Shown here: positions 27,585-39,599 of the stretch, piece by piece
How positions within the stretch are numbered: position 1 is the stretch's first letter
Layout: every line of letters starts with the position of its first letter
Assembly: GCF_006345805.1 (NCBI RefSeq)
Contig: NC_043006.1
Span: forward strand, 65,534,001 to 65,598,000
Direction of reading: 5' to 3'
DNA length: 64,000 nucleotides
From: Octopus sinensis
Lineage: Eukaryota
Made by a program: the position numbers and the translations under genes
The notes under the pieces: generated by a model
What the model was told of the DNA's origin: nothing
Seen by the model: the letters and a program-made list of their open reading frames with translations, nothing else
Database searches by the model: none

Positions 27585-28464
27585 CAAGGGTTGGACGAAA
27601 TAATGGAAACACATTAGAATTTCAAACAAATTTATTTTAATATGGAGTAGGACCGCATTGGCAGTAATTACAGCTTGAATTCTATGAGGTATGGACTCGT
27701 ACAAAGTTTGAATTGTTTCCAAAGGAATTCTTGTCCATTCTTCAGCTAAAACAGTCCTTAGTTCTTGTAGTTGAGGATATCGAATCCTTTTTTTCCTCAA
27801 ATGCACCATAAGTGTTCAATAATATTGAGATCTAGGGACCGTGGTGGCCAGATAAGGTGTTCAACTTCACTAGAATGTTCCTCATGCTATTCAGTAACAA
27901 CTTTACCTGTGTGAATTGGTGCATTATCATCCTGAAAGATTGCATTTCCCTCTAGAAACAGTTCCACAGCCATAGGATGAATTTCCTCAGATAAAATGCT
28001 TGAATAGTCTTAACTATTAATTCTGCCATGAAGGGAAACCATTGGGCTGGCAGATTTCCAAGCTATAGCTCCTCCGATCATCACAAATCCTCCTCCATGT
28101 TTAACAGTTGGAAGAAGGTAGTGTGGGTCAAATGCTTCTTTTGGCTGTTTCCACATGTATACTTTTGAGAAAGTACTTCTTGATACACCAAACATTTTGG
28201 CTGTTTTCATTATGCTAGCACTTGCCATACAAACACCAAGAATTTGACCTTTTGAAGGTCCAATAGATCTGTCAATTTAATGAATTTTAATTACCTTTTT
28301 CTGATGATATCTGAAAAGAAACAGCAATTTTAGCAAAACATATTAAGCAACACTAAAAATAAATCAAAAAATATAAAAGTAAACAAGCTTTTGACAGTTT
28401 TATAGATATTTCAAAATTATGATACTATGATGCTAGGTGTTTCCATTATTTTGTCCAACTGCTG
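27585..28464 (-). mobile_element. Internally deleted Tc1-family transposon (D-36-E spacing) nested in a family A SINE linker
   Basis: 28-bp TIRs CAAGGGTTGGACGAAATAATGGAAACAC / GTGTTTCCATTATTTTGTCCAACTGCTG; transposase relic ..PTVKHGGGFVMI.. FQDDNAPIHT..WPPRSLDLNIIEHLW..YESIPHRIQAVI with in-frame stops. Confidence 0.9.
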
Positions 28465-28764
28465 TGTATATATATGTGTGTGTGTGTGTGTGTGTGGTGT
28501 GTGTGTGTTTGTCCCCCACCACCACTTGACAACTGATGTTGGTAACTTATGTCCCTGTAATTTAGTGGTGTGGCAAAAAGAGACAAATAGAATAAGTACT
28601 GGGCTCACAAAGAATAAGTCCTAGGTTTGGTTTGTTCGACTAAAGGCGATGTTCCAGCATGGCCGTAGTCAAATGACTGAAACAAATAAAAGTATATCAA
28701 TTTAAAATTATTATTTGTTCTTAACTTTGGCTTCAACAACCAAGTCATTCCATTCTATGTTAAT

Positions 28765-29190
28765 CATATGTGGTTGTTTGGTAAGAAGCTTGCTTCCCAA
28801 CCACATGGTTTCAGGTTCAGTCCCACTGCAAGGTACTGTGGGCAAGTGTCTTCTTTTATAGCCCCAAGTGGACCAAAGTGTTGTGAGTGGGTTTCAAAGG
28901 CAGAAATTGCAAGGAACCTGTTGGTTTATGCGTGTCTGTGCATTTCATATTCTCTCCTTGTCTTGATGTGATGTAACAGTGTGATAGTTGTAAATGAGTG
29001 TCACCAACATACAAGTGGTGTCTGCCATTTTCAATCTTCAGTGAAAACATGTCTGGTTGTTGGGAAATTTGAGCTTACTTGGAAATAGGTGAGGATTTGT
29101 GACTGGAAGAGCATTCGTGCTTAGAAAGATATTTCAGCAAATTCTGTCAGACTCATGCAAGGATGGAAAAGTGTATGCTATGTTGATGAT
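28765..29190 (+). mobile_element. Family A SINE head joined to alternative tail D ending in (GAT)n
   Basis: Head, then CTCCTTGTCTTGATGTGATG..GGAAATAGGTGAGGATT..GATGATG; same join on the minus strand at ~55780-56430 and ~58100-58460. Confidence 0.7.
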
Positions 29191-29227
29191 GATGAATTTA
29201 ATTCATAGATCAGATGGAATTCAGCTA

Positions 29228-29620
29228 CACTCTTTATCCTTTTACTCGTTTACTTGTTTCAGTCATTTGACTGCAGCCATGCTGGAGCACAGCCTTTAGT
29301 TGAACAAATTGAACCCAGAACTTACTCTTTGTAAGCCTAGTACTTATTCTATCGGTCTCTTTTGCCAAACTGCTAAGTTATAGGGACGTAAACACACCAG
29401 CATCAGTTCTAAAGCGATGGTGGAGGGACAAAAACAGACACACAAGCACACACACACATGACAGGCTTCTTTCAGTTTCTGTCTACGAAATCAACTCACT
29501 ATGCTTTGGTTGGCCCAAGGCTATAGCAGAAGACACTTGCCCAAGGTGTCATGCAGTGGGACTGAACCCAGAACCATGTGGTTGGTAAGCAAGCTATTTA
29601 CCACACTGTCACCCCTGCGC
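29228..29620 (-). mobile_element. SINE family A, full length
   Basis: Tail, (CA) linker, CORE-like segment and head on the minus strand. Confidence 0.85.
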
Positions 29621-30589
29621 TTATAAGGATTTTTTTTTTTTGTGAATTGCGTGAAAGTTCCTTTGTGTAGGTTGCAATGTGTGTGATGAGGAATAGATTA
29701 TGAGGTTGAATTGAGATGAAATCATAACTGGAAGATGTGATATGGCTCAGAATAATCTCAAACTTTGGCATGGTCTGCTGTGAATGATCTTTGAGGCTGT
29801 GATGAAGATTTGCTTTATTTTTAGTGATGAAAAGTCATTCATTTTGCTTTTTCAATCAACTGAAAATCCATCGTATTGAATTAACGTGGTGCATTAATGT
29901 GGCTGTGTGATTATGAAGCTTGCTTCCCAACATTGTGGTCCTAGGCTCAGTTCCACCACATGGCATCTTGAGTAAGTGTCTTCTATTACAGTTCCTTGAG
30001 CCTGTATTTGGTAGACAGTTGCTGAAAGTGTCACATTGTGGGAATCAGACCACGTGGTAACGAAACCAAGTTTGCTTCCACAGGACTTTGCTGTGCAAGC
30101 TTTTCATTATATATATTTCTAATATATCACTCAGTCACAGATTTTGTCAAGTGGCTTTTGTCAGTCAGACTGATCCTAGCAGTTGCTTCATATTTACCAT
30201 ATTCAACCGTGAAAGGATACACACAAAGTCAGACAGGAGCAGATTTAAACTCTGCATACAATACATTTTGGTTGACACTTTACTAGTTCTACCATCCACT
30301 TGTATTTTTTTGTTTGTTTTACTTGATTTCAGACATAATCATAGGCCCACAATGTTTGAAGGAATGGCATATATGATTAACTCCTTCTCTGTGGAAAGTA
30401 GATGTATTCATTCATAATTTTATTACCGGATTGGCTGTGTGGTAAGAAGCTTGCTTCCCAACCACATGGTTCTGAGTTCAGTCCCACTGTGTGGCACCTT
30501 CGGCAAGTGTCTTCTGCTATAGCCTCAGGCCAACCAAATCCTTGTGAGTGGATTTGGTAGATGGAAACTGAATGAAGCCCATCATATAT

Positions 30590-30925
30590 ACATCATATAT
30601 AATGGCCTATAAGACACACATTTTTTTTTACCACAAATTGGCTTAAAAAATCCCCCTGCATCCAATGCACTCAATGTAGTCTCAAAACTCGCTCAAAATG
30701 GTATGTATGTCTACAAAACCTGTGCTGGTAAACAACCGCCTATTGTGTGTTTTTATGTTGAATGTGGATGCAATAAATTGCTTATAATTACCGGTAATAG
30801 CAAAGTTATATAGGTAAGTAGAGGAATTAAAGCATTATTTTAGTTATAATTTATTTTAAAAAAGTATAGCCTAGGTTAGGGTGCATCCTATGCACTCGTG
30901 TGTCTTTTAGGTCAAGCATACTGGC
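30590..30925. mobile_element. Tc2/pogo-like MITE, degenerate
   Basis: Left GGCCTATAAGACACA and right TGTGTCTTTTAGGTC are inverted; resembles CTATAAGACGCAC-type termini. Confidence 0.5.
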
Positions 30926-31285
30926 CCCAGTACTTATTTTAAAGTTTGGTTCTTATTCTATTGGTCTCCTTTTGCTGAGCTACTAAGTTACAAGGATGAA
31001 AACAAACCAACACCGGTTGTCTAGTAATGGTGAGGACAGACACTAAATCACAGTCACACATCCACATACACACACATATATATATATACTTACATACACA
31101 ACAGGCTTCTTTCAGTTTCCTTCTACCAAATCCACTCACAGAGCTTTGTTTGTTATGGGGCTCTAGTGAAAGATACTAGATTCAAGCTGCCATGCAGTGG
31201 AACTAAACCCAAGACCACAAAATTTGGAAGATTCTTACCACACAGCTACATTGGTGCAAAGTCATTTTTATTATTATTATTATTA

Positions 31286-31325
<40 letters not shown>

Positions 31326-32807
31326 GGAAATTTAAATTCCTTTTGCTTTTGATTTTCAAGATTGTAGAAGATTATTTTATTCATTTATTTATTTGGTTCA
31401 ATTATGTTTTGCTCAAATTATACTCTCTCTAACATTGGAATTCTTTAAAAAAGAAAAAAAAAGGAAACCAATAAAAAAGTTTGTGCAAATTAAATTTCAA
31501 AACTACAGAAAATAGGAATTTAAAAATCTATTGTTTTTCTCTCTTGTTTTTCATGACTACTTGTTGGTAAATTTATTAAATTGTCAACAACTGAGCTGCT
31601 TCTCCATGTTTTCTTAATTATTCATGAAAATTAATTGTTTTCTGGTGAACAAGTAATTTATACCAGAGTTTGTGTGTGTGTGTGTGTGTGTAAGTAAAGA
31701 GGATAATCTCCACCAAGTTTGGTGGACAACTGTGTGTTTGTGCAGATGTATGAGTGCACATTTTGTGTGTGTGTGTTTGTTAATTATATTTATTTGTAAA
31801 CACTATTTGATATTTAAGCCTCTTAAAGAACATTAAGATTAAAATATTAGTTAACATTTCACATAATTTTGATGATGGCAAATGCCAGAAATGGTAGAGC
31901 ACCAGACTGTCTTTTATGTTATTAAATCACCCCTCTCTCTCTCTCTCACACACACACAGATTCCCTATCTCTCCTTCCCCTCCCCAAATCACCCATCTCC
32001 CCTATCTCCTTTGCTTTCCCATCCCTCTTCTTTCTCCTCTCTCCCCCCTCCCTCAGTTCAAACTCTCTCATCTTTGTCTTCAGATTCCATTCTTAGTGGT
32101 CAACATTACAAACAATAGTTCAGTTTTAGAAATAAATATGTAACAGGCCCACTGTGTGGTTTGATCCATGTATCTTTCACCTTGCCAAGTGTTACCAGTC
32201 ACACTATAGAGCCCCTGCTATTACATCTTACCAAGATATAATAGTTATGTATAAGTAGAAAACAAATGTGATAAAATATCACTTGGTTTCTTCTAAACAT
32301 GTTCATTACATTGGACAGATGCAGTGTCACCAGAAGAAAAACGTCTGCTGTAACAAGGAACACATTTTTTATACAAATTTACTTATGTCCAATGAGTTCT
32401 CATTACTCACAAAAATTTCATTTTTACTCCACTTGCAGTTTGCTAACTCCTGATACATAGATTAGTCTGACATCTCAGTGTTTCAAGTTACATTCACAAT
32501 CATTAGTGGAAAAAGAGAAGTTTTATAGTCTTAAACAATTAATTTGTACTTGTGATGTATTATAGTGTGTTATATATCATTTATAATTGTGCAGTGTTTG
32601 AATATTTTTTATTTCTTTCAATCATTGGACTGTGGCCATGATGGGGCACCACCTTGACAGGTTTAGTTAAACTAATTGATCTTGGCACTTATTCTATTAG
32701 TTTCTTTTACTGAACTCCTAGGTTATAGGGACATAAACAAACCAACTCCAGTTGTCAAAGGGTGTGCTGGGGAGAAACACAGATAGACACACACACATAT
32801 ATATGTA

Positions 32808-32950
<143 letters not shown>

Positions 32951-33753
32951 GGCTTCAATTTCTGTCCACCAAATCCACCCACGAAACTCTGGTTGGTCAA
33001 AGGCTATAACAAAAGTCACTTGCCCAAGGTGCCACGCATGGGGACTGAACCAAGAACCATGTGGTTGGGAAGTAAAGTTGTTACCACACAGTATATCATA
33101 CATAATTTATGACAGTAGCGTGTTATAGTATATCCTTCATAATCTATGGCAGTACAACCTAAGTATGTCACAGATAATTTATAGTAGTTACTGTGTTAAA
33201 ATCTATAGTAACCCAGTTATATCAATGATAATTTATAAATAGTATAGTGTTATAATATACAAAATAAAATCTATAATATATTTAATATAAAGCGACATAG
33301 TATTTCAATATGCTACAGAATTTATATGTTCTGAAATATTTATATATAATATACAGCAATACAATATTATAAATATATTATTATATATAATTTATAGTAG
33401 TACAATTGTTATGTTTTAGTAACAGAAATGAAATGCAACAGAACAAGTGGAATTAACCAGGAACAAGTGTAATATATATCCATGCTTACAACATCTCTTT
33501 GAGAGTAAATGTAAATGAATTAATTTTGTAAAGTACTCTATGCTGTTCAGAAGGGATTTTAAATTAAATCTTGTAGTATATACATTGCTGTAACCTCTTA
33601 TTGAAATATGAATATTTCTGTCATAACAGATCTGTGTGCGCGCACGTGCACACACACACACACATTCACCATTAGATATATAGCATGTTTCATGTCAGTA
33701 TTCAAAGTAAATCTCTAAATTGGTTACAAGGAACATCTTAGAGAAGATCAAAT

Positions 33754-33791
<38 letters not shown>

Positions 33792-33797
33792 TATATA

Positions 33798-34165
33798 TAT
33801 TCTTTTACTTGTTTCAGTCATTTGAGTGTGGCCATGCTGGAGCACCACCTTTAGTTGAGTAAATCGACCCCAGGACTTATTCTTTGTATGCCTAGTACTT
33901 ATTCTGTTGGTCTCTTTTGCTGAACTGCTAATGGACAGGGATGTAAACACACCAGCATCGGTTGAAAGCGATGTTGTGGGGGACAAGCACACACACACGC
34001 ACGACAAGCTTTCAGTTTCTGTCTACCAAATCCACTCACAAGGCTTTGGTAGGGCTGAAGCTATAGTAGAAGATACTTGCTCAAGGTGCCACATAGTGGG
34101 ACTGAACCCGGAACCATGTGGTTGGGAAGCAAGCTACTTAACCACATAACCCCTCCTGCACCTAT
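33798..34165 (-). mobile_element. SINE family A, full length
   Basis: As for the other copies. Confidence 0.85.
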
Positions 34166-34205
34166 ATATATATGTGTGTGTGTGTGTGTATGTATGTATA
34201 TATAT

Positions 34206-34266
<61 letters not shown>

Positions 34267-34274
34267 TATATTAT

Positions 34275-34653
34275 GAAGGCACGTGACATAGTGGTTAGGG
34301 TGTTCACCTCGTGATCATAAGGTCATAAGTTCATTTACTCATGTTATGTTTTTTCCTTGAACAAGACACTTTATTTTGATGTTGCTTTAATGAGCTCAGC
34401 TGGCAAAAATGAGTTGTACCTGTAATTAAAAGAGTTAGCCTTGTACATTCTGTGTCGTGCTGAATATCCCTGAGAATTACATTAAGGTTATATGTGTCTG
34501 TGGAGTGCTCAACCACTTGCATGTGAATTTCATGTGCAGGCTCTTCCATTGATCGGATCAGTTGGAATACTCTTCGTTGTAACTGCTTGCTCAGCCACTT
34601 GCACATTAATTTAACGGACTGGTGGTTACGTTGTTGTAACCGACGCAGTGCCA
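34275..34653 (+). mobile_element. SINE family C with rearranged 3' end
   Basis: Head and body match the 16943-17324 copy; GCTCA(A/G)CCACTTGCA occurs twice near the end. Confidence 0.7.
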
Positions 34654-35134
34654 ATGCATACATAACATCATAATAGAAAAAAACTATTACATAACATTTC
34701 ACAAAAATAAAGCAAAAGATAATTGTAAAAATGGACAAACAAGAAAAGGAAAATAATTAACTAAAGTGTATTTAACATACTCTTTTCTAAACAATTTCAT
34801 TGCATCTGATAAAGGCTAAGGAATCGTTATCAAACCATACTTATTAGGACCTTTTTGCAATGGAAAATATTTTAATCGTTTTTGCTCCAACAATGTAAAA
34901 AAAAAGCATCTTCACTTTTCCCTCTTTGCATGGGTCAGATTGGGGTTTATCAAACCAGATTTTCTATAGTTGGATGCCTTTCCCATCACTAACATTTACC
35001 TGTTCCCATGTAAGACGATATTTCCCCATGTTTTCGCTGAATACTGGAAAAAAATGGCTTACATTTACAACAATCACATGATGTCAAGACAAGGAGATGC
35101 AAATACGAACACAAACACATATATCATCATCATT

Positions 35135-35772
35135 ATCATCATCATCGTTTAACGTCCGCTTTCCATGCTAGCATGGGTTGGACGGTTCAACTGGGGTCTG
35201 GGGAGCCCGAAGGCTGCACCAGGCCAGTCAGATCTGGCAGTGTTTCTACAGCTGGATGCCCTTCCTAACGCCAACCACTCCGAGAGTGTAGTGGGTGATT
35301 TTATGTGCCACCGACACAGGTGCCAGACGAGGCTGGCGAACGGCCACGCTCGGATGGTGTTTTTATGTGCCACCGACACAGGTGCCAGACGAGGCTGGCA
35401 GACGGCCACGCTCGGATGGTGTTTTTATGTGCCACCGACACAGGTGCCAGACGAGGCTGGCGAACGGCCACGCTCGGATGGTGTTTTTATGTGCCACCGA
35501 CACAGGTGCCAGACGAGGCTGGCGAACGGCCACGCTCGGATGGTGTTTTTATGTGCCACCGACACAGGTGCCAGACGAGGCTGGCAGACGGCCACGCTCG
35601 GATGGTGTTTTTATGTGCCACCGACACAGGTGCCAGACGAGGCTGGCGAACGGCCACGCTTGGATGGTGTTTTTATGTGCCACCGACACAGGTGCCAGAC
35701 GAGGCTGGCAGACGGCCACGCTCGGATGGTGTTTTTATGTGCCACCGACACAGGTGCCAGATGAGGCTGGCA
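35135..35772 (-). mobile_element. RTE LINE 3' UTR fragment containing a 62-bp tandem array
   Basis: (CAT)n plus TTTAACGTCCGCTTTCCATGCTAGC tail shared with ~15 other copies in the window. Confidence 0.8.
35303..35772. repeat. 62-bp minisatellite, 7 full units plus a 36-bp partial
   Basis: Unit starts at 35303, 35365, 35427, 35489, 35551, 35613, 35675 and 35737; units differ essentially only by a GA/AG swap and one C>T. Confidence 0.97.
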
Positions 35773-36982
35773 TATATATATATGCAGAGTGTTACACACT
35801 TTCGGTATGCAAATTAGGATTCTTTCATAGGGTAACTACTACATTTGTTAAGAATATAAACAGTTTGGTTATTTGTTTCTCTGGAGACTGTTAGAATGAT
35901 GTTGACACCTCTGATGAGAAGCCAATAAGGTTCAAAAATCGTTCATAATTTTTTTCAGTCGGCAGAGAAATGGCTAAAATTTGCCCTGCTGGCAGAATCG
36001 TTAGCATGCTGGGCAAAATGCTTAGCAGTATTTCGTCTGTCATTACGTTCTGAATTCAAATTCCGCCGAGGTCAACTTTGCTTTTCATCCTTTCATGGTC
36101 AATTAAATAAGTACCAGTTACACACTGGGATTGATGTAATTGACTTAATCTCTTTGTTTGTTCCCTCTGTGTTTAGCCCCCTGTGGGCGATAAAGAAATA
36201 TATATATATATAGATGCGTACATATGTGGTGGTAAGAAGCACTCATGTTGATGCTACATAAAAGTACCCATGTGGTGCCACATAAAAGCATCTAGCACAT
36301 TCTGTAAAGTGGTTAGCATTCGGAAGGGTATTCAGCCACAGAAACCATGCCAAATAAGATTGGGAGCTGGTGCAAGTCTCTAGTTTGCCAACTCTAGTCA
36401 AACTGTCCAACTCATGCCACCATGGAAAACAAATGCTCAATGATGATGATGATGATATATATATATATATATATCATCATCATTATCATCATCATCATCA
36501 TCATCATATATATATATATAGTGTTCTTGAGCAAAACACTTCATGTCATGTTGGTCCAGTCCACTCAGCTGTAAATGAGTAACCCTGTAATGGATGAGCA
36601 TCCTATCCAGGGGCAAAATGTTGGTCTGCTCACCTAGCTAGTGGAGAAGCATCATTTGAAAGCAAAAAAAAAATGATGCTAAGTGAACTGTGGCTAGCGA
36701 TGTATAACAACATCTGATAATCTGGTCATCACCTGACATATTGATGTATATGGCTCGGGGCAATAGCAGAAGACATTTACCCTAGGTACCATGCAATGGG
36801 TCTGAAATGGAAACCATGTGGCTGGGAAGCAAACTTCTTACCACACAACCATCACTGCACCCCACCACACACATATTGTTGATGTCATATGAATCTTATA
36901 AACTTTGAAAGTTTTATTTCGTGTTTGGATTTGGCTTGCAAGATTCTTTATGTGAGTTCGTGTGTTGAAGCATATTTTGTTG

Positions 36983-37204
36983 TGTCTGGGGAGGGTCATT
37001 CTCTTTTAGTGCCTTATTATTTAACACACTCATTGGTAAAGTTTCTACTCATTTACTTATTTATTTTTCCTAAAATTTTCGTTGTGTCTTGCAATCTTTT
37101 CAAAGACGCAATGAAAATTTCAAGAAAATAATAAATGAATGGAAACTTAACCAGTGAGTGCGTTAGATAATAAGGCACTAAAAGAAAATGACTCTCCTCA
37201 GACA
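36983..37204. repeat. Foldback inverted repeat, ~105-bp arms, 12-nt loop
   Basis: 36983-37090 is an imperfect reverse complement of 37103-37204; same family as 12044-12196. Confidence 0.85.
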
Positions 37205-39199
37205 AAAGAAAACTTTGAAAGATTATTGTGAAATAATTGATTTAGCTGCTATGCCTAATAGTTGCAGGTACTATGTAGAGACTTCATTGAGAGTTAGAGC
37301 CTTGATGTATTTTAGGTGTTGGCAGTGGTATTAGATGTTGTGTATGTGTGTGTGATATGTTGGATGTTGGCAAATATGTGGTGATAGTAGTGGCGGCGGC
37401 AGCAGAGTAGCTTCAGCAATGACTGTTGAGTAATGGTCAGTAATGTGTTTGCATGTATGTAGGGGACAGTCTTGTAATAATTGACTGCAAATCTAATAAC
37501 ATGGCAGCATGGTGGTGATGGTGGCAGTAGACCCCCTCCTCGAAACCTTTACCACCACTTCTACTACCACTACCACTTCAACCTCATCACCACCACTATC
37601 AACTCAAGTACAGCATCACCACTGCCACCATCATACCATTGTTCTCATCAGCCTACCATAACCACCACTACCTATGTTCTGATAACTGGTGCTAACCAGG
37701 CTATTACTGTTGCCTAACTGATTTTAGTAGAAATTTTGTGGGGAATATTTTGTGCTTCTCCTCCCCTCCCATAATAAACAGTCCATGGACATGTTTGGTG
37801 TCAGTCAATAATCCTTAGTCTCTGATTGGTTTTATTGTGTCTACTCTGTTTGTGTGTGGTGGTGGGGGGTTGTTTATTATTGTTGCTGACTTTGTTGTTA
37901 TGATGCTACCATTATCATCATTACCATCATCATCACTGCTTTCACCAACATAATAATTGTCAACATTATTCCTCTGGGCAGTCTGTCTCACCATGTCCAA
38001 CATTAGCAGCATCATCCAAATCTATCCACGAACATTTCGACCATATTCTAAATTCAAATTCCAACAAAACTGACTTTGTCTTCCATCTTTTCAGGGTCAA
38101 TAAAAGAGGTACAATAGATGAGTACTGAGGTTGCTGTAATTGACCAGCCATCTCCCCCAATTTGCTGGCCTTGTGCCGAAATTTGAAACCAATAACATAG
38201 CGAACTGGCAGAATTGTTACTTCACCAGACAAAATGCATAGCAGCATTTCGTCCGTCTTTACGTTTAGAGTTCAAATCCTTTCAAGGTTGATTTTTACCT
38301 TTCATCTTTTCGGGGTCAAGAAAAGAAGTACCAGTTGAGTACCAAAGCCTTATGAGTGGATTTGGTAGACAGAAACTGAAAGAAGCCTCTCTCATAATTC
38401 CTTGTCTTGTGAGTTACTTGGTTACCCTGCCAGTGCTGGTGCCATGTTAAAAGCATCCGGTCCACACTGTAACGTGGTTGGCATTTGGAAGGGCATTCAG
38501 CTGTAAAAATCAGGCCAAAACTAACCTCACCTGTGCTAGTGCCACATAAAAAGCACTGAGTCCACTCTGTGGAACGGTTGGTGTTAGGAAGGGCATCCAG
38601 CCGTAAAATCCCTGGCAACACAGACAGACACAGTAGCCTAGGGTAGTTTTTTTCTGTCTGGTTGGCTCCCGTCAACCGTCCTACCCATGCATGTATGGAA
38701 GATGGATGTTAAATGATGATGATGATATCTATATATTTATGTGTGTGTATCTTTGTGTCTATGTTTGTTCCCCCACCATCGCTTGATAACCGATGTTGGT
38801 CTGTTTACGTCCCCCATAACTTAGCAGTTCGGCAAAAGACCCCCGATAGAATAAGTACTAAGCTTACAAAGAATATGTCCTAGGGTTGCTTTCTTCAACT
38901 ACAAAGTTCTTTAAGGCAGTGCTCCAGCATGACCACAGTCAAATAACTGAAACAAGTAAAAGAATAAAAGAAAGACGACACACACACAATAGACTTCCAC
39001 TCAGTTTCTGGCTACCAAATTCACGCTCACAAGGCATTGATTGACCTGTGGCTATAGTAAAAGACACTTATCTCAAAATGCTGCTTGGTAGAATTGAACT
39101 CAAAACCACTTAGTTGCAAAACATGCCTGCACCAAATTTGCCAATCTAACAACTATTTCAAATATACAACTATTTCAAATATGCATCTCCAGAACATTC

Positions 39200-39520
39200 T
39201 AGTTATATCCAAAATATCTATAAACAGTGATACACAATCATTATCCTTCCAATATAGGTTATTGTCTGTGTAGTCCAAAGCAAATCTCTGCTCAAAGAAA
39301 GTTCCAGCTCTGCCCATTCCATTTATTTTTATAGCCAGTACTACATTATCTAATGTGTCCGTTTTATGAAGAGTATTTGGCTGATGTTTCTAGCATGTTC
39401 AGCATTCTCATAGATGTACCATATTTTCCAGCATAGAAGTCGATGTAGTATATAGTAAACATTCACACATCCTTGCAAGCTTTTTATATCTTTCTGCAGT
39501 TCACATGGAATTTTTGGTCT
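39200..39520 (-). mobile_element. Possible piggyBac transposase relic
   Basis: Frameshifted minus-strand peptides YIDFYAGK, GMGRAGTF and LYWKDNDCVS occur in the order expected for F..Y.GK, G..A.GT and W.DN..V; similarity is weak. Confidence 0.25.
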
Positions 39521-39553
39521 GCTAAAGCCATCTTAGTGTATAAATCAATCTAC

Positions 39554-39599
39554 CTTTTTGGGGGATGTAAATTTTGGTCTGAAACAGTCAACTTGTATG
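39554..39599 (-). other. Candidate 46-nt exon of the same minus-strand gene
   Basis: Branch-like ACTAAC, acceptor ccctattttccag, donor AAG|GTAGAT; open in both frames compatible with the 41.1-kb exon. Confidence 0.3.

Noticed and set aside
28301-28320. CTGATGA-TATCT-GAAA as a hammerhead
   Set aside because: No stem II pairing or flanking stems; lies inside the Tc1 element.
23119-32449. KWSKNEIF plus WMKMHNFTQ as a SAM-domain start
   Set aside because: Spacing would fit only with a phase-2 junction, but the donor gives phase 0; likely coincidence.
35303-35772. 62-bp array as a CRISPR array or as 170-199 aa proteins
   Set aside because: No unique spacers and no cas genes; the ORFs are read-throughs of the repeat (62 is not a multiple of 3) inside a LINE UTR.
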